DNA from: Candidatus Omnitrophota bacterium
GTDB lineage: Bacteria > Omnitrophota > Gorgyraeia > Zapsychrales > Fredricksoniimonadaceae
NCBI GenBank assembly: GCA_903944345.1
Contig: CAJARJ010000019.1
Span: 7,480-71,479, forward strand
DNA: 64,000 nt
Direction of reading: 5' to 3'
The notes below the pieces were generated by a model. It was not told the origin of the DNA. It did no database searches and saw nothing but the letters and a program-made list of their open reading frames with translations. A program made the position numbers and the translations under genes. Positions 9,336 to 22,552 of this stretch are shown one piece after another (within the stretch, counting starts at the first letter, position 1; the number at the start of each line of letters is the position of its first letter).

Positions 9336-9547
9336 GATGCGTCCCTTCTTACAATTAATCCTTGTTCTTTAGCCCGAATTTTTCTTTAATGAGGGAATCC
9401 AGATAACCCCCCAACCTTTTCTCATTTTCGTGACTGAAAAACTGCCTTCAACCATTTTCCTCTGTTAGGCTAAGCATTCTTCCCTGAGCGCTAGCAGTCC
9501 ACCTTTAAAGCATTCCTTGATCCTTTTAAAATATGGCAATAAACGTT

Positions 9548-10411
9548 TTATTTACGTAAAATCGAAAGAATACGATCAAGATCATCCAAAGAATAGTACT
9601 CTACCAACAATCGCCCCTTATTGCCCCGCCTATTTTCGACAATAACCTTCGTTCCCAATACTCTGCGCAATTCTTCTTCAAGCGAATCAATTTCCGGGTC
9701 TTTGGACTTTGTTTTATTTTTGTCCTCAGTCTGGACATTTCTGGTTGCCAGCGCTTTTGCTCTTGCTTCCATTTCTCTTACAGAAAATCCCTTTTTTACC
9801 GCCTCCAAAAAAAGCATTTTTCGAGCATTTGGATCCTCTATGACTAAAAGTGCCCGAGCATGTCCCTCAGAAAGAGCTCCATCCGATACCGCCGCACGCA
9901 TATCTTCAGGAAGCTTCAGTAAGCGCAACAAATTAGATATTGTTGCACGGTCTTTCCCGACAGACTTGGCAACATCTTCCTGAGAATACCCAAATTCTTC
10001 ATTAAGACGCTTATAGCTTTCTGCCTTCTCAATCGGATTTAATTCTTCTCTCTGGACATTTTCGACCAACGCTAAAACCAACGCTTCCTTGTCATTCACA
10101 TCCCGTATCATAACTGGTATTTTTTCTAAACCTAGCTTTCGTGCAGCTTTAACTCGTCGCTCTCCGGCTATAACTTCATAACCGTCCCCCGCTCTACGAA
10201 CAAGTATTGGCTGCAATATACCTTTGTCCTTAATTGATGCGGCCAACTCCTCCAATGCACTCTCCGCATAATGCTGTCGCGGCTGAAACCGATTATCTTT
10301 TACCAAATTTAAAGATACTTCTTGTCTTGCCAAAATTTCGAGTGATGAATTACTTTCTTTCTGATCTTGTTGTATCAACGCCGACAGACCCTTTCCTAAA
10401 GCCATGAGCAA
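9548..10411 (-). CDS. parB: Chromosome partitioning protein ParB/Spo0J
   Basis: 287 aa; ParB box GLEKIPVMIRDVNDKEALVLALVENVQREELNPIEKAESYKRL; HTH; downstream of parA. Confidence 0.92.
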   Translation of the reverse strand: MLMALGKGLSALIQQDQKESNSSLEILARQEVSLNLVKDNRFQPRQHYAESALEELAASIKDKGILQPILVRRAGDGYEVIAGERRVKAARKLGLEKIPVMIRDVNDKEALVLALVENVQREELNPIEKAESYKRLNEEFGYSQEDVAKSVGKDRATISNLLRLLKLPEDMRAAVSDGALSEGHARALLVIEDPNARKMLFLEAVKKGFSVREMEARAKALATRNVQTEDKNKTKSKDPEIDSLEEELRRVLGTKVIVENRRGNKGRLLVEYYSLDDLDRILSILRK

Positions 10412-10450
10412 CTTCCTTTCAAATATCGTAACATTCTGTAATTAAAAGAC

Positions 10451-11221
10451 TTATGATTGCAAAGAAAGACCGCAGCACTCTTTGGCTAAATCGGCATATT
10501 TTCTAGCCCCTACCGATTCTCTATCATATAAACAAATAGGTTTACCATGACTTGGGGCTTCACTTAATCGAATGTTTCTCGGAATAACTGTTTTATAAAC
10601 TTTATCTTTAAAATAGTTTTTGATTTCATTTATAACTTCTACTGTCAAGTTAGTTCTAAAATCAGCCATTGTCATTAAAACACCCTCAACTGTTAACGCT
10701 GGATTTAACCCCTCTCTAATTAATGCTATCGTATTAAGTAATTGTGATACTCCCTCCAATGCATAAAACTCGCATTGTATCGGAATAATTATTGAGTCGG
10801 CAGCTACTAAAGAATTTAAAGTCAGCAGCCCCAAAGATGGTGGAGAATCAATTAAAATATAATCAAAAAGACTTTTTACTTCATTTAAAGCTTTCTTAAG
10901 CTTTGTCTCTCTTGACAACACTCCAACCAGTTCAATTTCTGCACCAGTTAAGTGAATATTACATGGAATTAGATAGAGCCCCTTTACAACTGTGGGTAAA
11001 ATTGCTTGTTTGGCCGGAATTTTTCCTAAAATTACTTCATAGATAGATTCTTTTATTTCATTCTTATTAACGCCTACCCCACTCGTTGAATTCCCTTGCG
11101 GATCCATATCAATCAATAATACTTTTTTACCCAGCTCAGCCAACGCAGCCGATAGATTAACCGCCGTCGTTGTTTTTCCAGTTCCACCCTTTTGATTGCA
11201 TATCGCTATTATTTTCGGCAT
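10451..11221 (-). CDS. parA: Chromosome partitioning ATPase ParA/Soj
   Basis: 256 aa; deviant Walker A KGGTGKTTTAVNLSAALAELGKKVLLIDMDPQGN. Confidence 0.93.
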   Translation of the reverse strand: MPKIIAICNQKGGTGKTTTAVNLSAALAELGKKVLLIDMDPQGNSTSGVGVNKNEIKESIYEVILGKIPAKQAILPTVVKGLYLIPCNIHLTGAEIELVGVLSRETKLKKALNEVKSLFDYILIDSPPSLGLLTLNSLVAADSIIIPIQCEFYALEGVSQLLNTIALIREGLNPALTVEGVLMTMADFRTNLTVEVINEIKNYFKDKVYKTVIPRNIRLSEAPSHGKPICLYDRESVGARKYADLAKECCGLSLQS

Positions 11222-11973
11222 AATTTAAGTAGTCCTAAAAGTTATATGAGACAATTTAATACCGCAGCTTGTCTTTAATTATTACCTCTTCGAAATCATA
11301 GCCTCTACACTTGACTTTTGGGCTATCGAAGAAACTTATACAGGATTTTAAATTGTATAATTTTTATAACATCAAAATGAATTTTAAACAATCTATATTA
11401 TTTAAGAAAAATTAATGGTCTAGACTTTTTTCGCTGCTCAGATTGCAATTGGCGACTTTCGTTAGCACCAAATCTCTATTGAAAATGCTATAACATTAAG
11501 CCAACATAAATCCTATTTCATATATTCACTTTTTTGGCAGTACGCCCTTCATCAGGAGGATCTTGCCATTAGCAATCCGATCAATGTTCTACCTTCCTAA
11601 TGCGGCGGGCACATTGTTGACTTTTCTTTGACATTCGCAGCTAAATCAAATTATACATACTTTTATAACAAACTTATTTTATCGTGCAAGATGAGTGTTT
11701 TTGACGATTACGCATTTGCCCATATGCATGCTGATATCGGCCAGCAAACGTGTTTAAAGTCTGTTGAGTTTACCCGCCAAAAATTGCATTTCTGCTTGAT
11801 GGCGTCGATCTGCCGGTATATTTCGCGAGCTTGTCCTTATGAAGCTTACTAAAACATCAGTTGAATATATTCAATAAATAGTTCAATTAGAACAATATCG
11901 GCTAGACAGTAAACTTTAAAATCAGGATATAGAAATAACGACTTATTCTGCAGAAAATTTTCGAAAGGAAGGA

Positions 11974-12159
11974 TTACTTTAAGAAAACCTTGATCTTCGC
12001 TGGCTTAGCCCCACTCATTCCAAAAAGCCCTTTTTGCTCTTCACAAACCACTTTAATGGTTATCATTTCACGTGAAACATTCAGCTTATTCAAGGCAGCC
12101 TGAATGGCATCCTCAATGTTAGTTCCTTCAAACTCGAATGATGCCAAACTTTTTTTCAT
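11974..12159 (-). CDS. Jag/KhpB N-terminal domain protein (61 aa; KH and R3H domains absent)
   Basis: MKKSLASFEFEGTNIEDAIQAALNKLNVSREMITIKVVCEEQKGLFGMSGAKPAKIKVFLK resembles the Jag_N domain; lies immediately downstream of yidC, where jag normally sits. Confidence 0.6.
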   Translation of the reverse strand: MKKSLASFEFEGTNIEDAIQAALNKLNVSREMITIKVVCEEQKGLFGMSGAKPAKIKVFLK

Positions 12160-12164
12160 ATAAA

Positions 12165-13775
12165 CTACTTTGCTAACAATGAAGCCATACTACTTCTGGA
12201 AATATGCCACTGCGTAATTGCAGATAATAGATAAAAGACAACAAAATACACATTCAATCCGCTAGAAAAATTATAAAAAATGAAGCCTATCATAACAGGA
12301 AATACAGTTGCCATCATTTTTTGCTGTGCCGCCTGTTCAGGCGAAACATCCATATTCTGATTGGACATTTTCTGCTGAAACATCATGATAAAAACCATGA
12401 CGATTGGCAATAAATTAAAATAGCTACCCAAAAAAGGGATTTCAAATGGTAGTTTAAATAAATGATCCGGCTGAGACAGATCTTTCATCCAAAGAAAAGA
12501 CTCTCCCCTAAAGTAAAAAGACCGCCATAGTACTTGATATAGCCCAACAAAAATGGGCATTTGCAAAATCATCGGCAAACAACCACCTAAAGGATTAACT
12601 CCATGCTGTTTATAGAGAGCAAGAATTTCTTGGTTTACTTTCTCAGGATTATTCTTAAATTTTTCTTGAACCTGCTTGATTTTAGGTTGAATAGCCTGCA
12701 TTTTCCTCATAGATAGCAGGCTTTTCATTGTCAATGGAAACATTGCTCCATACACTACAAGACTTACCAAAATAATACAAAGCCCCCAAACAGGAATTAA
12801 ACTGTACGTTGCACCAAGCAACCAATAAATTAATTTCGATATGGCATCTAGCCAGGCCCAATCACTAAAAACTAAAATTTTTTGGAAATCTTTTCCTGCT
12901 TTATTAAGCAAATCAAGTTTCTGTGGGCCCAAATAGATATTGAAATCGTAAGTCTTAGTCTGATCTGGAAGAAAATCAAAATCGTTAAGGCTAAAACCTA
13001 AGGCCAAACGATCTGAATTCAATGCAGTTATATTAAAATTTCTCAGAGATGTTTGTGGCTGAAGAATCATGGCAAAGTATCTATCCCGGAGCCCAAGAAA
13101 GGAAACATCAACATCTTGTTTTGAAAAATCCCACTTTTCAGAAAAATTAGAAAGGTTATTCTTCCTATAAGATTTCTTGCTCTCAAGAATTAAATACTCA
13201 AGCAATGTTCGATCAGTTCCATTAATATTTTTGTCCAGTCTGGACGAATCAAAAATTGCCGCAGCTACTTTATAGGGAAACTGTCTTTTGGATCCTGCCG
13301 TATTTCTAATCTTCAAAGAACCAATAACGTTGAAATTATCAACTATTTTAAAAGTTTTGTAAACAACCCAATCATCCCAATCAATTTTATATTCAATAGA
13401 ATTCTGATTCTTGGATGATACTGTAAAAAACTTAGTATTAAATGAGTCTACAGCCAAAATATCATATAAAGGAAATGAATATGCGAATTTCGTCAACTCA
13501 GCATTACTGACTTTGGCTCCAAGAGTGGAGAATGTTAACTTAAGCCCGCTATGGGAAATAGCATCCTCGCTCCCCTGCAATTGATCGCTGTCAGAAATTA
13601 TTGGTTGTGAAAAAGCTTTAGCTTGCGTATTAATACTTGGAGCATCATCAAGTGAGCTTTGTTCCTGTGAAAATGGGGCGAAGGCAAAATCTTTTGGTTT
13701 TGGACCCCAAAAGGTTTGAAAAACAAAAACAACAATAAGTGATAGCGCAACAGCTAAAAATAGACGTTTTTCCAT
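12165..13775 (-). CDS. yidC: Membrane protein insertase YidC
   Basis: 536 aa; conserved C-terminal 60-kDa insertase core (MRKMQAIQPKIKQVQEKFKNNPEKVNQEILALYKQHGVNPLGGCLPMILQMPIFVGLY). Confidence 0.93.
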   Translation of the reverse strand: MEKRLFLAVALSLIVVFVFQTFWGPKPKDFAFAPFSQEQSSLDDAPSINTQAKAFSQPIISDSDQLQGSEDAISHSGLKLTFSTLGAKVSNAELTKFAYSFPLYDILAVDSFNTKFFTVSSKNQNSIEYKIDWDDWVVYKTFKIVDNFNVIGSLKIRNTAGSKRQFPYKVAAAIFDSSRLDKNINGTDRTLLEYLILESKKSYRKNNLSNFSEKWDFSKQDVDVSFLGLRDRYFAMILQPQTSLRNFNITALNSDRLALGFSLNDFDFLPDQTKTYDFNIYLGPQKLDLLNKAGKDFQKILVFSDWAWLDAISKLIYWLLGATYSLIPVWGLCIILVSLVVYGAMFPLTMKSLLSMRKMQAIQPKIKQVQEKFKNNPEKVNQEILALYKQHGVNPLGGCLPMILQMPIFVGLYQVLWRSFYFRGESFLWMKDLSQPDHLFKLPFEIPFLGSYFNLLPIVMVFIMMFQQKMSNQNMDVSPEQAAQQKMMATVFPVMIGFIFYNFSSGLNVYFVVFYLLSAITQWHISRSSMASLLAK

Positions 13776-13778
13776 AGA

Positions 13779-13988
13779 TTACCTTAAAGGATCAAAGCCC
13801 CCTGGATGAAATGGATGACACTTTATGATTCTTCGAAAAGTTAAAGAGAGGCCATTCCATGAGCCATACTGCTGTATAGCCTGAAGGGCATAGTTGGAGC
13901 AGGTTGGAGAAAACCGGCAATTTGCGGGTAATAACGGTCTTAACGCAAACTGATAAGCTCGTACAAGCAAAATCAATAAATGTTTCAT
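13779..13988 (-). CDS. yidD: Membrane protein insertion efficiency factor YidD
   Basis: 69 aa; LVRAYQFALRPLLPANCRFSPTCSNYALQAIQQYG...CHPFHPGGFDP matches the YidD family. Confidence 0.9.
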   Translation of the reverse strand: MKHLLILLVRAYQFALRPLLPANCRFSPTCSNYALQAIQQYGSWNGLSLTFRRIIKCHPFHPGGFDPLR

Positions 13989-14024
13989 GTGCCTACGCCA
14001 AGATACGCAAGTGTAGTCAAAGTA

Positions 14025-14162
14025 TCACTTTGATAAACGCTTACGACCTTTTGCCCGACGAGCACTTAACACTTTACGACCATCAGCCGTAGAGGAGCGC
14101 TTACGAAAACCGTGAACTCGTTTGCCTTTGAGATTTGTGGGAGTCTTAAGATTTAATTTCAT
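14025..14162 (-). CDS. rpmH: 50S ribosomal protein L34
   Basis: From the internal ATG: [45 protein letters not shown] (45 aa), the L34 signature. The longer 66-aa reading in the ORF track is an over-extension. Confidence 0.9.
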   Translation of the reverse strand: MKLNLKTPTNLKGKRVHGFRKRSSTADGRKVLSARRAKGRKRLSK

Positions 14163-14470
14163 AATGTGGGAAATTATAACATATGATTTTCCTAAGTCAA
14201 GTATTGAAATCAAATGGCTATGCAAATCATTTGGGCGAACTAAAGAAGTATTGAATCTAATAAGAACAAATAAAGCTCAACAAAAATTAAAGCTCCATAA
14301 TAAACCAAAAAGTACCTTATATTTTACTTCATTAAAACAAACTATCCTATAAGAAGTGTACTAAGATTGTCTGATCGTTGCGTGAACTAAGATTTAAAAA
14401 AGAGGTATCCCAAACATAATGTTGTTGATAAATCAAAACTGATCCGCTCTTCCCGCTGGGTTAAAATAGG

Positions 14471-14498
14471 TTGCGCCTCAAGCTTTCTTTGATATAAT
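14471..14498 (+). promoter_or_regulatory. Candidate sigma70 promoter for dnaA
   Basis: -35 TTGCGC (14471-14476), 16-nt spacer, perfect -10 TATAAT (14493-14498), about 160 nt upstream of the dnaA ATG. Confidence 0.45.
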
Positions 14499-14564
14499 GC
14501 CTAAACTGAATCAAACTTCGAGCTAAGTCTATCAAGTTTTACGGTATAAAAAGTTAATAACAAC

Positions 14565-14573
14565 TGTGGATAA
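14565..14573 (-). promoter_or_regulatory. Consensus DnaA box (TTATCCACA on the minus strand)
   Basis: Plus strand reads TGTGGATAA at 14565-14573 in the rpmH-dnaA intergenic region; a 1-mismatch box TGTTGATAA lies at 14423-14431. Confidence 0.7.
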
Positions 14574-14659
14574 CCTGTTATTAAAATATTAATAAAGACC
14601 TAAGTCGATATGCTGAAATGATTTACATCTCTCTTCTTCATGCACAACCCTAAATCACT

Positions 14660-16009
14660 ATGACGACATTGCAACAATACTGGAACAACGCACAAACCTT
14701 TGTTCAAGACGAGATCGGGGTCTCTTCTTATCAAACATGGTTCTCTAATCTCAATGTAAATTGTCAAAACGATAAAATCATTCTCGAAACCCCGGATGAA
14801 TTCTTCAAAACATGGATTATTGATCATTACGCCGATATCATTCAGAATGCCCTAAAGAAAACCGGTCTTACCAATTGTGACTTCGAAATAGTTGTTTCCT
14901 CTGCATCAGCAAAACAACCTGAAGCGGCCATGCCAGCCGTTATTTCTGTCCAAACCGCTTCTGTTTCATATCCAAAAAATAGAACTTCAAACATACAATC
15001 GCGATTTTCTTTCGAAAATTTTGTTATGGGTTCATCAAATAAAATGGCATTTCGCGCAAGCCAGGCTGTTGCAGAAAATCCTTCAAAAGCTTACAATCCA
15101 TTGTTTATTTATGGGCAATCGGGCATGGGTAAAACTCATCTTATGCATGCGATCGCTAACCAAATTTCTATCAAGTATCCTGCTCAACATTGTCTTTATA
15201 TAACATCTGAGCAGTTTACCAATGAACTAATTGAAGCTATAAAAAACCGTTCCGCATCACAATTTAAACAAAAGTATCGAAATATCGATGTTCTCCTTAT
15301 TGATGATATTCAATTTATCGCCGGAAAAGAATCTACTCAGGAAGAATTTTTCCATACATTTAATGAATTACATAATTCCCACAAACAAATTGTTATGACC
15401 TGTGATCGACCTGCCAAAGAAGTTGCAAAACTGGAAGATCGCCTGGTCACTCGCTTTAGTTGGGGTTTAGCTGTCGATATCCAGCCTCCAGATTTTGAAA
15501 CACGTGTTGCCATCCTAAGAAAAAAAATAGAAGTTGAATCAATAAAAGTTCCAATACCAGATGATGTTATTTTTTTTATTGCGGAACAAATTAAAACAAA
15601 TATTCGAGAACTGGAAGGTGCTCTTATTAGAGTATTGGCAACTTCATTACTGGAAGAAAATCTGATTACTCTTGAATTAACAAGAAATACTCTAAAAGAC
15701 ATGGTCAAAGAAACAACAAAAACAATCAGTCTGGAAATGATTATTCTGACTGTAGCTGACTATTATAAAGTCAATATTTCAGACTTAAAATCAACTCGTC
15801 GAAATCAAACTATTGTTGTTCCCAGACAAATAGGAATGTATTTGTCCAGAAAGCTGACTAAACACTCTTTACCCGAAATAGGAAATGCTTTTGGGGGACG
15901 AGATCATACAACAGTTTTACATTCATGTAAAAAAATTGATGCCGATATTAATGAACAGGCCAGTTTACGTTATGCTATTGAAAAGTTATCAGATATTCTT
16001 AAACGTTAA
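14660..16009 (+). CDS. dnaA: Chromosomal replication initiator protein DnaA
   Basis: 449 aa; AAA+ Walker A GQSGMGKTHLMHAIAN; C-terminal DNA-binding domain (TTVLHSCKKI). Confidence 0.95.
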   Translation: MTTLQQYWNNAQTFVQDEIGVSSYQTWFSNLNVNCQNDKIILETPDEFFKTWIIDHYADIIQNALKKTGLTNCDFEIVVSSASAKQPEAAMPAVISVQTASVSYPKNRTSNIQSRFSFENFVMGSSNKMAFRASQAVAENPSKAYNPLFIYGQSGMGKTHLMHAIANQISIKYPAQHCLYITSEQFTNELIEAIKNRSASQFKQKYRNIDVLLIDDIQFIAGKESTQEEFFHTFNELHNSHKQIVMTCDRPAKEVAKLEDRLVTRFSWGLAVDIQPPDFETRVAILRKKIEVESIKVPIPDDVIFFIAEQIKTNIRELEGALIRVLATSLLEENLITLELTRNTLKDMVKETTKTISLEMIILTVADYYKVNISDLKSTRRNQTIVVPRQIGMYLSRKLTKHSLPEIGNAFGGRDHTTVLHSCKKIDADINEQASLRYAIEKLSDILKR

Positions 16010-16027
16010 TAACAACTAGTTTATATG

Positions 16028-16036
16028 TTATCCACA
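16028..16036 (+). promoter_or_regulatory. Consensus DnaA box TTATCCACA
   Basis: Perfect 9-mer 19 nt after the dnaA stop, followed by a very AT-rich stretch (16060-16145) before dnaN. Confidence 0.7.
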
Positions 16037-16160
16037 AAAAAAATTGCTATAAACTATTGATTTTAAATAACTTTTATTCCTTATTGATCTTATTAAGGTT
16101 ACCTACTTATACAGATACTATTTATTTCTATTAATTAAGATTTAAAGAAGGAGAGAAAAA

Positions 16161-17245
16161 ATGCGAATTAAAATACTAAAAGATGATTTATTACAAGGCA
16201 TACAAACGGTTCAAAATATCGTTGCTTCAAAGGCAACTTTACCTATTTTATCGAATATGCTACTAGAAACAAAAAAAGATTCTTTAAAGTTAAATACTAC
16301 TGATTTAGATATCGGAATATCCTGTGAAATACCTGTTAATATTATTGAAGATGGGGCGATTACTATTCCCGCCAAAAGATTTCATGATATTATTCGCGAG
16401 TTGCCAGCAGGAGATTTGACAATTTCTGTCAAAAAGAACAATCAGATTGAAATAGAAGGACTTAATTGTCGAATTAAATTAATGGGACTTCCTAAAGAAG
16501 AGTTTCCACAGTTCCCGGAATTTAAGGATAAGGAGGCTGTAAGAATTAAACAGTCTGATTTGAAAGAAATGTTCAGGTTAACAGCTTTTGCTGTTTCACA
16601 TGAAGAATCACGTTATGTATTAAACGGTATTATGCTGGAAATATCAAATAATACAATACGGATGGTTGCGACAGATGGAAAAAGATTAGCAAAAGCAGAA
16701 AGAAATTTAAATCTTCCGGTTACAAAAGATGTGGCTGTGATTTTACCGGTCAAGGCTGTTCAGGAAGTTAATAGAAATTTGAAGGATGATGGCGATGTTA
16801 TTATGGTCTCAGCGGTGAATCAGGTTCTTTTTGATATCAGCGGGGTGTTGATTGCAACACGCATAATTGAGGGAGATTTTCCTAATTATAGTCAGGTTAT
16901 TCCCAAAACAAACGTTCCAAAAATTACTTTGAATACTAATGATTTTCTTTCGGCTATACGCAGGGCAAATTTGTTAGCTACACCAGATTTTCAGGCGGTT
17001 AAATTTGAGGTATTTAAAGAAAAACTGGTAGTTTCGAAATCTACACCCGATATTGGAGAGTCCAGAGAAGAGTTGGCCATTCAGTATAGCGGCACAGAAA
17101 TGGTTGTGGGTTTTAATCCACAATATATGATAGATGTGCTTAAAAACATAAATGATGAAAAGATTGAACTTGAAATCCTTGGGCCAGACAAGCCTTGCGT
17201 AATTCGTAAAGAAAATTATTTATATTTGGCTCTGCCTATGAGATT

Positions 17246-17249
<4 letters not shown>
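16161..17249 (+). CDS. dnaN: DNA polymerase III beta sliding clamp
   Basis: 362 aa; MRIKILKDDLLQGIQTVQNIV...PILSNMLLE, the typical DnaN N-terminus; RBS AAGGAGAG 8 nt upstream. Confidence 0.95.
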
Positions 17250-19980
<2,731 letters not shown>

Positions 19981-20013
19981 ACAGAGATAAATGCTTAGAA
20001 AGGCATTGGCGGT

Positions 20014-22479
20014 ATGAAGGATTTTACAAAAAAAGAGCGAATTGTTCCGATTCCCATCGAAGAGGAAATGAAAAGTTCCTACATTTCCTATTCTATGAGC
20101 GTTATTGTCGGCCGGGCTTTGCCGGATGTGCGTGACGGCCTCAAGCCGGTGCATCGCCGCATATTGTATGCGATGAAAGAGCTGCATCTTGAACATAACA
20201 AGTCGTACAAAAAGAGCGCGCGTATCGTGGGTGAAGTTTTGGGTAAATATCATCCGCACGGGGATTCTGCTGTTTATGACACCATGGTCAGAATGGTGCA
20301 AAGTTTTTCGCTTCGCTATCCACTGGTTGATGGTCAGGGAAACTTTGGATCCATAGATGGAGATTCTGCGGCGGCTATGCGGTACACTGAAGCCAGGATG
20401 GCTCCTATTGCTGAGCCGCTCTTAGCCGATATCGACAAGAACACGGTTGACTATACCCCCAATTTCGATTCAACATTAGAAGAGCCGTTGATTCTTCCCG
20501 CCGCATTACCCAATCTTCTTGTGAATGGTTCGAGTGGTATCGCGGTCGGCATGGCGACTAATATGGCGCCGCATAACCTTAACGAGATTGTCGACGGAAT
20601 AAGCATTCTTCTGGACAATCCTGAGGTCGAAATTGCGGATCTGATGAAGTGTGTGAAGGGGCCGGATTTCCCTACAGGGGGGATTATCTGTGGTCGCGAG
20701 GGCATAAAAGATGCGTTTATGACCGGACGCGGTAAGGTGACTTTACGCGGCAAGGTTGGGATTGAGAAACAGAAGAACGGCAAAGATTTCATTATTATCA
20801 CCGAAATTCCTTACCAGGTGAACAAGTCGAATCTGGTATCTGCAATTGCGGATCAGGTGCAGAATAAGAGTGTTGATGGTATTACGGATATTCGGGATGA
20901 GTCTGATAAAGACGGAATTCGGGTTGTGATCGAACTGCGACGGGATGTTGAGGCGCAAATTATCCTGAATTATCTGTACAAGCATACGCAACTGGAAGTT
21001 ACTTTTGGTGTCATTAATCTTGCACTGGTCAACAATAGTCCGCGTGTCCTTAATTTGAAGCAGCTTATGTCTTATTATATCGATCACCGTCGTTTGGTGA
21101 TTCGTCGCAGGACACAATATGAGCTGGATAAAGCTTTGCGACGCGCACATATTCTGGAAGGATTGCGGATTGCCCTCGAAAATATTGATGAGATAATACG
21201 TGTTATTCGCAAATCATCCTCCACTCTGGAAGCCAAAACGGCCCTGATGAAAAAATTTGGGCTGACGGAAATCCAGGCGCAGGCTATTCTGGAAATGCAG
21301 CTGCAAAAGTTGACTGGTCTTGAGAGAGACAAGATCGAGCAGGAATATAATGAGCTGCTTAAGGCGATCGATGAGTACCGACAGATACTCGCTGATCCTA
21401 AAAGAGTCGATGCCATCATTCGTAATGATCTGGCAGCGTTAAAGGATCGTTTTGGAGACGAGCGCCGGACGGAGATTGCGGGCAAGGCAGATGAGATTGA
21501 GATAGAAGATTTGATTGTCGACGAGGACATGGCCATCACCGTGACCAATACTGGTTATATCAAGCGTACGCCGGTTGATGCCTATCGCAAGCAGAAGCGC
21601 GGTGGCAAAGGTGTTACGGGTATGACGACCAAGGAAGAGGATTTTGTTGAAAGACTTTTTGTCGCTTCGGCCAAGGATTATCTTTTGATTTTTTCCAATA
21701 AGGGGATTATCCGTTGGTTGAAGGTGTATGAAATTCCGATGGCCTCCCGTCAAGCCAAGGGAAAAGCTATTGTTAATCTTTTGTCTTTTTCCAGTGACGA
21801 GTCGATCAGTGCGATTGTGGCGGTCAAAGAATTCAATGACGAGCAGTCTTTGATCATGGCGACTTTTCGTGGAACGGTGAAGAAAACAAAACTTTCTGCT
21901 TACAGCAATCCCCGTAAGGGAGGAATTATTGGCATTACCCTAGATAAGGGGGATGCCTTGATCGGTGTGGCGCTTGCCGACGGCAAGCAGCATGTTCTTT
22001 TGGCTACAAGAAAAGGGCAATCGCTACGTTTTCTGGAAACGCAAATCCGTGACACCGGACGCTCTGCTATGGGGGTGCGAGGAATCGCTTTGGACAAAGA
22101 TGACGAAGTTGTGGGGATGATCGTGTTTCCCGCAGATGTGGATAAAACAGGGAATACTCTTTTGACTTGTTCGACACTTGGTTTTGCCAAGAGATCCAAA
22201 TTCGAAGATTACCGGACGCAAACGCGCGGCGGCAAGGGGATTATTAATCTCAAGTGTACGCCCAGAAATGGAGTTGTTGCCGGAATCCTTGTGGTGCATG
22301 AAGATGACGAGATTATGACGGTAACTAAACAAGGCTCAATTATTCGTTGTAAGCCGGCAGATGTTCGAATGACGGGACGCAGTGCGGTTGGGGTTAAGCT
22401 TGTTTCTTTGGAGGAAGCGGATGCCGTTGCTTCTATTGCGAACGTGATTGCCCGGGATGAAGTAGAGGTAACAGAGTAG
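20014..22479 (+). CDS. gyrA: DNA gyrase subunit A
   Basis: 821 aa; active-site region [14 protein letters not shown]-like region [19 protein letters not shown]-terminal beta-pinwheel repeats. Confidence 0.96.
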   Translation: MKDFTKKERIVPIPIEEEMKSSYISYSMSVIVGRALPDVRDGLKPVHRRILYAMKELHLEHNKSYKKSARIVGEVLGKYHPHGDSAVYDTMVRMVQSFSLRYPLVDGQGNFGSIDGDSAAAMRYTEARMAPIAEPLLADIDKNTVDYTPNFDSTLEEPLILPAALPNLLVNGSSGIAVGMATNMAPHNLNEIVDGISILLDNPEVEIADLMKCVKGPDFPTGGIICGREGIKDAFMTGRGKVTLRGKVGIEKQKNGKDFIIITEIPYQVNKSNLVSAIADQVQNKSVDGITDIRDESDKDGIRVVIELRRDVEAQIILNYLYKHTQLEVTFGVINLALVNNSPRVLNLKQLMSYYIDHRRLVIRRRTQYELDKALRRAHILEGLRIALENIDEIIRVIRKSSSTLEAKTALMKKFGLTEIQAQAILEMQLQKLTGLERDKIEQEYNELLKAIDEYRQILADPKRVDAIIRNDLAALKDRFGDERRTEIAGKADEIEIEDLIVDEDMAITVTNTGYIKRTPVDAYRKQKRGGKGVTGMTTKEEDFVERLFVASAKDYLLIFSNKGIIRWLKVYEIPMASRQAKGKAIVNLLSFSSDESISAIVAVKEFNDEQSLIMATFRGTVKKTKLSAYSNPRKGGIIGITLDKGDALIGVALADGKQHVLLATRKGQSLRFLETQIRDTGRSAMGVRGIALDKDDEVVGMIVFPADVDKTGNTLLTCSTLGFAKRSKFEDYRTQTRGGKGIINLKCTPRNGVVAGILVVHEDDEIMTVTKQGSIIRCKPADVRMTGRSAVGVKLVSLEEADAVASIANVIARDEVEVTE

Positions 22480-22494
22480 GCGTTTCAATTTTAC

Positions 22495-22522
22495 TTGACG
22501 ATTAGAAAGCCTTAAATATAAT
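22495..22522 (+). promoter_or_regulatory. Candidate sigma70 promoter for tRNA-Glu
   Basis: -35 TTGACG (22495-22500), 16-nt spacer, -10 TATAAT (22517-22522), about 30 nt upstream of the tRNA 5' end. Confidence 0.5.
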
Positions 22523-22552
22523 ATAGCGCTACTTTGAATAAAAGTAGTTTTC

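Noticed and set aside
11628-11852. 74-aa plus-strand ORF in the AT-rich gap between parA and the jag-like gene
   Set aside because: No RBS, odd composition, opposite to the local transcription direction. It is more likely chance in AT-rich non-coding DNA.
22527-22550. Hairpin CTACTTT-gaata-AAAGTAG read as a gyrA terminator
   Set aside because: It sits downstream of a good -35/-10 promoter and directly before tRNA-Glu. It is more likely part of the tRNA leader than a terminator, so it is not reported as a feature.
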